Source of the DNA: a virus
Taxonomy: Duplodnaviria > Caudoviricetes
Virus record (IMG/VR): IMGVR_UViG_3300037313_002165
Span: 1 to 59,297 of that record
Length of the DNA stretch: 59,297 bases
Reading direction: 5' to 3' (one strand)
This document shows, piece by piece, positions 52,795-59,297 of this stretch. Within the stretch, counting starts at the first letter, position 1. The number at the start of each line of letters is the position of its first letter. The position numbers and the translations under genes were made by a program. The notes under the pieces are model-generated. The model searched no databases. It worked only from the letters and a program-made list of their open reading frames with translations, and was not told where the DNA came from.

Positions 52795-53366
52795 GCGCGA
52801 CGATCTTCAACACCATCACCGGAGACGACTGGAGGCGCATGTTCGCGGCGCACCGGGCGCGCGGGCGGTTCGAGGGGAACTCGCTGCTGGCGCAGATTCG
52901 CGCGGTCGCGGCGAAGAAAAATTTATTGCAGCGTGGTGAAACGGTATCACGCCAGCCTCATAAGCTGGAGGGAGCTGGTTCAATTCCAGCCGCTGCACCC
53001 AGTTTCCCGGACGCGACCGCCACGAAGTCACTACAGCCGAAACCGGCCCACGCGGATAACCAACCAGAATGCAAGGTCATCGCGCCGGGAATCTCTTTCG
53101 CCGGCGTCAGCAGTGTGGCCCCGAAAAGGAGCGGCGTGCACGACCACGCGGAGGCCGGCGCCGGCGATTCTTTTTCGGGCGATGCGCCGCTGGGCGAAGC
53201 GTTGTTTGCCATCGGGCTCGCAGGCATCGCCCCCGGATTTGACTCGCAGAATGGCAGCGAAAGCCACGCGCGCCGTCCCCGCCATGACCTGCACCTGAGC
53301 GAAAGCAAAACGCGGCCGATATGCGCAGGGCCGACAGGGGACGGTGCGACTTTTCCGAAATCGTAA
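52791..53366 (+). CDS. Hypothetical ORF reading through the tRNA
   Basis: ATGA start; only the first ~45 codons look protein-like. Confidence 0.3.
   Translation: MSATIFNTITGDDWRRMFAAHRARGRFEGNSLLAQIRAVAAKKNLLQRGETVSRQPHKLEGAGSIPAAAPSFPDATATKSLQPKPAHADNQPECKVIAPGISFAGVSSVAPKRSGVHDHAEAGAGDSFSGDAPLGEALFAIGLAGIAPGFDSQNGSESHARRPRHDLHLSESKTRPICAGPTGDGATFPKS
52927..53001 (+). tRNA. tRNA with CAT anticodon (Met or Ile2)
   Basis: Acceptor TGCAGCG/CGCTGCA, D stem GTGA/TCAC, anticodon arm CCAGC-CTCATAA-GCTGG, T arm GCTGG-TTCAATT-CCAGC, encoded CCA. Confidence 0.9.
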
Positions 53367-53369
53367 CCC

Positions 53370-53903
53370 ATGAAAACCTACGACCAGGCACCCGACGAGG
53401 TGCGCGAAAGAGTAACGGTGCTGATGAAGCGCTTTCACCCCGACCTCGAGTTTGTGCAGCTCCGCGTCGACTTGCTGATGGCTTCGACCGATGCCGAGGA
53501 TGCGCACGCGGTCACGCTCGGCGGTTATCCGTGCCTTGCTGTCGTGAAGATTGTCGGGCCGAAGGAGCGCGCGAAGGGTTGCGGCGATGCGGAGATCGTC
53601 ATCGACCGCGATGCTTACGAGGCGATGACCGAGAAGCAGCGCGACGCCCTGCTCGACCACGAACTGTATCACCTCGAAATCACGCGCGACAAGCTGGGCC
53701 GCCCGAAGCGCGACGACCATCAGCGGCCGAAGCTGAAGATGCGGAAGCACGACTTCCAATTCGGCTGGTTTGCCGAGATTGCGCGGCGGCATCAGGAGAA
53801 CTCGTTTGAAGTGAAGCAGGCGCGAGCTTTCGCGGAAGAACACAGCCAGCTCTTTTTCGGATTCACCATCGAAGCGGCAGCGCCAGCAGCCGCCGCGGCC
53901 TGA
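53370..53903 (+). CDS. Putative phage metallopeptidase
   Basis: ALLDHELYH (HExxH)...RKHD. Confidence 0.8.
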   Translation: MKTYDQAPDEVRERVTVLMKRFHPDLEFVQLRVDLLMASTDAEDAHAVTLGGYPCLAVVKIVGPKERAKGCGDAEIVIDRDAYEAMTEKQRDALLDHELYHLEITRDKLGRPKRDDHQRPKLKMRKHDFQFGWFAEIARRHQENSFEVKQARAFAEEHSQLFFGFTIEAAAPAAAAA

Positions 53904-53929
53904 CCGCGCCCGTATTCACAAAAGCAGAA

Positions 53930-53952
53930 CGCCGCGGTTCACGGCCGCGGCG
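53930..53952. terminator. GC-rich intergenic hairpin (possible minus-strand terminator)
   Basis: CGCCGCGGT..GCCGCGGCG preceded by AAAAGCAGAA. Confidence 0.4.
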
Positions 53953-53973
53953 CTCGGAAACTTACACTTACTT

Positions 53974-54354
53974 ATGAACGACAACGATCAATCATCGTCA
54001 CCCGTCAAGCTGGTTATCACCGAGGCTGATGTGGTGGCCTTTATGCAGGCGAAGGCCGACGAGCTTTGCCAAATGACCGGCGGGCTGTTCTCGGCCGTGA
54101 AAATCGAGGCCAAGCGGCATGCTGATTTCAGGGGCGAGCGTGGCCCATCCGAGCATAATTTCACCAGCTACGTGGATGGCGATACGCATCGCAGTGCCTC
54201 GAAGCTGGCCGACGCCATGCAGGCATCCTTCCTCGCGATGGACCCGCTGCTTCGGGCGGCACAATTGAAACAGCGGGCTGCGGAACTGCTTGCCGAAGCG
54301 GCAACACTCGTACCCACGCCGGTTATCGCAGACAAGGAAGGAGCGGCGGCATGA
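53974..54354 (+). CDS. Hypothetical protein
   Basis: ORF coupled to recT. Confidence 0.65.
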   Translation: MNDNDQSSSPVKLVITEADVVAFMQAKADELCQMTGGLFSAVKIEAKRHADFRGERGPSEHNFTSYVDGDTHRSASKLADAMQASFLAMDPLLRAAQLKQRAAELLAEAATLVPTPVIADKEGAAA

Positions 54355-55037
54355 GTGCGGACGCCATCGACATCCACGCGACGCCTGCTCCCGGCGCCGA
54401 CAGCGCCAGTCTTGCGCCCATCGCGGGCGGCAAGCCCAAGTCGGCCCTCATCGCCTTTGCTGAAAAGGGCATCGCGCTGCGCTCCATGGAGGACGCGTTC
54501 ATTTTCGCGAAGGCCGTCATCGATTCCGGGCTCGCGCCCAAGTCGTTCACCACGCCGCAGGCGGTGCTCGTCGTGATTCAATTCGGGGCGGAGGTCGGTC
54601 TGCCGCCGATGGCTGCGCTGCAAAACATCGCCCTCATCAACGGGCGCCCGGCGATTTGGGGCGACGCCGTGCCTGGCGTATGCAACTCGACCGGTCTCGT
54701 CGAGGCCTACAAGGACGAGCAAGTCGGTGCCGACGATTCATACGGGTACCGCGTGACCATCATGCGCAAGGGCCGCGCCGACCCGATTGTCCGCACTTTC
54801 ACCGTCGCAATGGCGAAGAAGGCCGGCCTGTGGGGCAAGTCGGGCCCGTGGCAGCAATACCCCGAGCGGATGCTGCTGATGCGTGCGCGCACCTTTGCGT
54901 TTCGCGATGCCTTTCCCGATGCGTTGCGCGGTCTGCCGACCGCGGAGGAAATGCGCGACCACCCGCCCGGCCCGGAAAAGAACGTCACCCGCTCGCTCGA
55001 CGAGCTCGATGGCAAAACCGAGCCCGCCGCCGCATGA
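54351..55037 (+). CDS. recT: RecT-family single-strand annealing protein
   Basis: GAEVGLPPMAALQNIALINGRP..AKKAGLW..PWQQYPERML..RDAFPD. Confidence 0.8.
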   Translation: MSADAIDIHATPAPGADSASLAPIAGGKPKSALIAFAEKGIALRSMEDAFIFAKAVIDSGLAPKSFTTPQAVLVVIQFGAEVGLPPMAALQNIALINGRPAIWGDAVPGVCNSTGLVEAYKDEQVGADDSYGYRVTIMRKGRADPIVRTFTVAMAKKAGLWGKSGPWQQYPERMLLMRARTFAFRDAFPDALRGLPTAEEMRDHPPGPEKNVTRSLDELDGKTEPAAA

Positions 55038-55918
55038 AAACCGGCATCATCCCAGACGAGCCATTTGCCGACTACCTCGCGGCTGACGCGGTGGGGTCGG
55101 GCCGGCTCGAAGATCTCACGCCGCGGCCGCTCGTGTATTTCAAGCGCTGGGTGGCGCGCACCCTGCCGCCGAGGAAATCCACGCCAGCGTTCGATTTCGG
55201 GCGGCTGTTCCACTGCCTCGCGCTCGAGGGCGAGGACACGATGGCCGCGCGCTTCGTCGTGGTACCGGCGGATGCGCCGGATGACCTGAGGCGATTTCGC
55301 GATTCGAAGAAGAAATCGCCCGCGACCATCGAATCGATTGCGTGGTGGGACGCGTTCGAAGCGCAGACTGCCGGCAAGGAAGTCGTGACGCAGGCCGACA
55401 TCGACCTTGCGTGGAAGATGGTCGGCGCGATTCGCGAGAACCCGGAGGCGGTGGAAATCCTGTCGCGCGGCAAGCCCGAGGTGACGTTCCGGCACAAGCT
55501 GCCGGCGTTCGCGGTGCAGGCGCGCGTCGACTGGTTCGACAAGGATGATCCTGCAGGGCCGCTGCTCGTGAACGTGAAGACCATCGATTCGCTCGATGAC
55601 TTCGACAAGCAGTTCCACGACTTCGCCTACTACAAGGGCGACGCGTTTTACCGGCTGGTGGTCGCGAAGGTGCTCGGGGTCGAGCCGTTCGTGCCGCAAT
55701 GCCTCGACCTGGTGGTCGAGAAGAACGAGCCGTTCGAATGCGAGATTCGCGTGCCGGATGCCGAGGCCATCGCCATCGGGGCGGGCGAGGTGATGAAGGA
55801 TTTGCAACTGCTCGCGCGCTGCTACGAGAGCGGCGTGTGGCCCGGTGCCTCGCGCGCGCGCCGGGCGGTGTCGCTGCCCGAATGGAAAGTGCGGCAGGCG
55901 ATGAAGGAGGCCGCATGA
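55034..55918 (+). CDS. RecE/ExoVIII-like (DUF3799) PD-(D/E)xK exonuclease
   Basis: FGRLFHCLALE, PEVT, ARVDW, VNVKT, VVEKNEPF, WPG. Confidence 0.8.
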   Translation: MKTGIIPDEPFADYLAADAVGSGRLEDLTPRPLVYFKRWVARTLPPRKSTPAFDFGRLFHCLALEGEDTMAARFVVVPADAPDDLRRFRDSKKKSPATIESIAWWDAFEAQTAGKEVVTQADIDLAWKMVGAIRENPEAVEILSRGKPEVTFRHKLPAFAVQARVDWFDKDDPAGPLLVNVKTIDSLDDFDKQFHDFAYYKGDAFYRLVVAKVLGVEPFVPQCLDLVVEKNEPFECEIRVPDAEAIAIGAGEVMKDLQLLARCYESGVWPGASRARRAVSLPEWKVRQAMKEAA

Positions 55919-56238
55919 AGCGCTCCAACAATCCCAACGGCAACCCGCTCGGCGCTACTGCGTGGCGGCTCACGGACCGGGACATCGTGGAAATCCGGCT
56001 GCGCGTGGCCGCGGGCGAGAGCAAGGCGTCGCTGGCGCGCGAGTACAAGGTTTCGGCCTACACGGTCTATTACCACTGCAAGAGCGGCAAGGATGCGTTG
56101 CGCGAGCCCTATTCCACGGCGCTCCAAAACGCGTACCTTGCCCGGCGGAGGGGCGACCGCCTGGCGGCGGCGCAACATCTGCGCACCGCGGCGGACGTGC
56201 TCGATGGGACGATTCAACCGGGGAGGGTCGCCGCATGA
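55915..56238 (+). CDS. HTH protein
   Basis: LTDRDIVEIR..GESKASLAREYKVS..TV. Confidence 0.7.
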   Translation: MKRSNNPNGNPLGATAWRLTDRDIVEIRLRVAAGESKASLAREYKVSAYTVYYHCKSGKDALREPYSTALQNAYLARRRGDRLAAAQHLRTAADVLDGTIQPGRVAA

Positions 56239-56642
56239 GCAAGCCCGTCACATGGAAGGTGCTCACCGAAAAGCCACGCTACGAGCCATGCGAGGCGCGC
56301 GTGATGTTTTCGCGGCAGAACAAGGGCAACCCGCGGGTTTACTTCAACGTCAAGGCGTGCGCGCTGATGAAGCTCGGCAAGGGCGCGCGCATCGAATTGC
56401 TCGCGCCGGAGAATACCGCACCCGGCGCCGCGCCTCTGCTGGGTTTGCGCACGACCAGCGGCGAAGCCGGGGCGCAGCTCTGGTCGGCCGGGAAGACGAA
56501 ATCGCTGATGACGGCGACGTCGGCCCTGCCGCATCTGGTGAAGCTCTATCGCAAAATCCTTTTCCGGCCGAGGCTGGGTAAGGAAGGCGAGCCGCCGTGG
56601 GTGCTCGATGCGATTTCGTCGGAGAAAGGAGCGCAAGCATGA
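56235..56642 (+). CDS. Hypothetical protein
   Basis: ATGA-coupled. Confidence 0.65.
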   Translation: MSKPVTWKVLTEKPRYEPCEARVMFSRQNKGNPRVYFNVKACALMKLGKGARIELLAPENTAPGAAPLLGLRTTSGEAGAQLWSAGKTKSLMTATSALPHLVKLYRKILFRPRLGKEGEPPWVLDAISSEKGAQA

Positions 56643-56848
56643 GCGCGCAAGCTATTGTGATCCTCGTGGCGCTGGCGTTCGTGGTCGGTGGCGTGGTCGG
56701 CCACGCTCTCGGCTTCAGGCGCGGGCGGGATGCGCAGTGGTGCGAAAACTATTTCGCGAATCTCGAGCGCGAGCGGCGGCGGCATGGGCGGGATGGGAAG
56801 TTTGTCGCGATTAAACGGGCTCAACCGACGGGAGGGCCTGCATCGTGA
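56639..56848 (+). CDS. Small membrane-anchored protein
   Basis: N-terminal TM segment. Confidence 0.65.
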   Translation: MSAQAIVILVALAFVVGGVVGHALGFRRGRDAQWCENYFANLERERRRHGRDGKFVAIKRAQPTGGPAS

Positions 56849-57153
56849 AACTTCGTCACGTTGGATACTGCATTGGCGCTCTGATTGGTGCCGCGCTCTT
56901 TTTGCTGGCCCTCGAAGCTGCCTCGATGACGCCGCATTACGAGTCCGAGATGGCGACCGTGCGGATGGTCGAGCCGGATGCGGCCGGAATGGGCGGCTAT
57001 GTTGGCGAGCGCGAGCGCACATGGGTGCGATTCGATGATGGTTTCACGCGGCACTACGGCGGCAACCTCGGTGCGCCAGGTGACCGCGTGCGGGTTTATC
57101 GTCCATGCGGTACGGATACGATGTTCGGCATCCTTGCGAGGAGGGAACGATGA
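56845..57153 (+). CDS. Membrane-anchored hypothetical protein
   Basis: N-terminal TM segment; GTGA coupling. Confidence 0.6.
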   Translation: MKLRHVGYCIGALIGAALFLLALEAASMTPHYESEMATVRMVEPDAAGMGGYVGERERTWVRFDDGFTRHYGGNLGAPGDRVRVYRPCGTDTMFGILARRER

Positions 57154-58919
57154 GCCTGCTGAAACTTGGCACGGTCACGTCTTCGGGCGTCGTCTTCAAA
57201 CTGCCGCTGGAACTCGTCACGCAGTCGATTGCGATTCTGGCGAAGCGCGGGGTCGGCAAGACGTATACGGCGGCGGTGCTCTGTGAGGAGATCCATGACG
57301 CGGGCGTGCCGCCCATCATCATCGACCCGACCGGCGCGCAGGGGGGATTGAAGGCCAGCGCGGACGGCAAGCGGGCGGGGCTGCCGTTCGTCGTCTTCGG
57401 CGGCGAGCATGCGGATTTGCCGCTGGAGGAAGGTGCGGGCGAGGTCATCGCGCGAGCGATTGTCGACCAGCGGTTCCCGGCGATTCTCGACCTGTCGCTC
57501 TTCCGCAAGGCGGCAATGCACCGATTCCTCGTCGGGTTTTTCGAGACGCTATATCGGTTGAACCGGCAGGCGCTACACCTCGTGTGCGACGAGGCCGACG
57601 CCTACGCGCCGCAGAAGCCATTTGGCGAGGAAGCGCGCACGCTCGGCGCGATGCAGGATATCGTCCGCCGCGGGCGGATACGCGGCATCGGCTGCACGCT
57701 CATCACGCAGCGGCCGCAGGTGCTCAACAAAGATGTGCTCACGCAATGCGAAGTGCTGGTGACAATGCGCCTGGTGCATCCGAAGGACGTGGGCGCGATT
57801 CAGGACTGGATTGCAGTGCACGGCGACCCGGCGCTGGCGGACAAGCTCATCGCGAGCCTGCCGAGCCTGCCGGTCGGGCATGCATGGTTCTGGGCGCCTG
57901 GCTTTGGAGACCTTTTCGAGCGGGTGCATATTCGCCAGCGGCGGACGTTCGACAGCTCGGCGACGCCGAAACCGGGCGAGGTGCGAGTCGCGCCGGAAAA
58001 GTTCGCTGAAGTGGATTTGTCGAAGCTCGGCGGAGAAATCGCCGCGGCCGCGCAGCGTGCGAAAGAGAACGACCCGGCGGAGTTGAAGCGGCAGGTAGCG
58101 GAGTTGAAGAAGCAACTGGCGGCGATGCCTGCGGCGCCGGCAGAGCGATTCGAGGTGAAGGTGCCGGACGTCGAACGTCTGCGCGACATACGCATCATCT
58201 GCCGTGACCTCAGCTCGACCATCGAAGCGATGCAGACGCCCATGGTCGCTCAGCTCGAGACGCTTCGCAGCATTGGCGGGGTCCTCGCGGCGAATGTCGC
58301 AGCGATTGGCAACGCGCTTGGTGAATTTGCCGGCAGAGACGGAGCGACGCCAAGTGGCACCGATAGGGGACAGGCACCGCGCGAGACAGTCAGCGCGCGG
58401 CCGGTAGCACGCGACGCCCGTTCGCGAACCGCCTCTGCCGGCGATTCCGATTCCGACCTCGGTAAGGCAGAGCGGCGCGTGCTCGCGGTGCTGGCGCAAC
58501 ACGGCCCATGCGAGCGCGGCAAGCTCGCGCTCCTGGCTGGCTACAGCTACTCAGGTGGATTCCGCAATACGCTCAGCGCGCTGCGGTCGGCGGATTTTCT
58601 GGTCGGCGGCAACGAGGAAGTCATGGCCATCACCGACCTCGGTCGCGAGGCGCTCGGGTCATTTGACGAATTACCCACCGGCGCTGCGCTCGGCAAGTGG
58701 TGGCTGCAAAGCCCGCAGTTCGGGCAGGCGGAGCGCGTGGTGCTCGCGACGCTGCTCGACCATCCGGAAGGCTTTAGCGGATACGATCTCGCCAAGGCCT
58801 GCGGCTACGAGTTCAGCGGCGGATTCCGGAACGCTCTCTCAACCCTGCGCACGGCCGGCGTCATCGTCGGACGCAACAACGATGTCCTGCGCGCCAACCC
58901 CGAACTTTTCACAGCATGA
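57150..58919 (+). CDS. HerA/FtsK-like ATPase (DUF87-type) with tandem C-terminal winged-helix-like repeats
   Basis: AKRGVGKT, IDPTG, VCDEAD, GRIRG, TQRP; two GxAER.VL..GY..SGGFRN.LS.LR repeats. Confidence 0.82.
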   Translation: MSLLKLGTVTSSGVVFKLPLELVTQSIAILAKRGVGKTYTAAVLCEEIHDAGVPPIIIDPTGAQGGLKASADGKRAGLPFVVFGGEHADLPLEEGAGEVIARAIVDQRFPAILDLSLFRKAAMHRFLVGFFETLYRLNRQALHLVCDEADAYAPQKPFGEEARTLGAMQDIVRRGRIRGIGCTLITQRPQVLNKDVLTQCEVLVTMRLVHPKDVGAIQDWIAVHGDPALADKLIASLPSLPVGHAWFWAPGFGDLFERVHIRQRRTFDSSATPKPGEVRVAPEKFAEVDLSKLGGEIAAAAQRAKENDPAELKRQVAELKKQLAAMPAAPAERFEVKVPDVERLRDIRIICRDLSSTIEAMQTPMVAQLETLRSIGGVLAANVAAIGNALGEFAGRDGATPSGTDRGQAPRETVSARPVARDARSRTASAGDSDSDLGKAERRVLAVLAQHGPCERGKLALLAGYSYSGGFRNTLSALRSADFLVGGNEEVMAITDLGREALGSFDELPTGAALGKWWLQSPQFGQAERVVLATLLDHPEGFSGYDLAKACGYEFSGGFRNALSTLRTAGVIVGRNNDVLRANPELFTA

Positions 58920-59297
58920 GCCTCATCACTTTTCGAGTCACGGGCGAGCCGAAGGGGCAGCCTCGACCGCGCGCGTTTGCGATGAACATGGGGGGCGGGA
59001 AGTTTTCCGCGCGCGTGTTCGACGCGGGCACGGCTGAGGGTTGGAAGAGCCTGATTGCCGCGGCGGCACGGCCTCATGCGCCCGCCGCGCCGATTGTCGG
59101 GCCGGTGTGGCTGAGCGCGACGTTCATCTTCGCGCGACCGAACTCGCACTTTGTGGCGAACAATCCCGCGAGGCCTCTGCGCGCTGACGCGCCGTCGTGG
59201 CACACGAAAAAACCGGACCGGGACAATTGCGAGAAGTGCCTGCTCGATTGCCTGACCCAGCTCGGCGGCTTCTGGCGCGACGATACGCAGGTGTGCG
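58916..59297 (+). CDS. rusA: RusA-family resolvase, 5' part (continues to 338)
   Basis: MSLITFRVTGEPKGQPRPR...; ATGA overlap. Confidence 0.9.
   Translation, partial: MSLITFRVTGEPKGQPRPRAFAMNMGGGKFSARVFDAGTAEGWKSLIAAAARPHAPAAPIVGPVWLSATFIFARPNSHFVANNPARPLRADAPSWHTKKPDRDNCEKCLLDCLTQLGGFWRDDTQVC
59058..59297 (+). repeat. Terminal direct repeat, copy 2
   Basis: Matches 1-240. Confidence 0.97.

Noticed and set aside
53002-53060. HDV-like (theta) ribozyme after the tRNA
   Set aside because: Only a 5-bp GTTTC/GAAAC pairing; the nested double pseudoknot could not be built.
52791-56238. Many early proteins end in Ala-Ala (ClpXP-degron-like)
   Set aside because: Explained by the recurrent GGAG..GCNGCATGA RBS/stop-start junction, so there is no independent evidence for degrons.

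Overview
This looks like a complete, circularly permuted temperate siphovirus-type phage genome of 59,057 bp. Bases 1-240 repeat at 59058-59297 with one synonymous mismatch, and a RusA gene reads through the junction. An intact attP-like site beside the integrase indicates the excised form; its core looks like the 3' end of a tRNA-Pro and is flanked by three pairs of GGTGGGC arm repeats. Gene order: DNA-modification/early genes (DUF5131, helicase-N6/N4-MTase fusion, C5-MTase, DndC/PAPS-reductase-like); six short ORFs separated by a conserved GAACGAA heptamer and ending at a second tyrosine recombinase; replication genes; lambda-like terS/terL; a leftward accessory operon (DUF932) containing a type II hammerhead ribozyme; lambda-type portal; an HNH/NUMOD1-protease-scaffold-capsid polyprotein; tail genes interrupted by secreted, lipoprotein and lysis-like genes; tail chaperone with a -1 frameshift, tape measure and baseplate; integrase and attP; an all-ribbon-helix-helix switch; tRNA(CAT), RecT/RecE and a HerA-like ATPase. 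The integrase motifs suggest a Verrucomicrobiota (Opitutae-like) host, which is inference only. All family calls come from recognising motifs by eye; no database searches were run.
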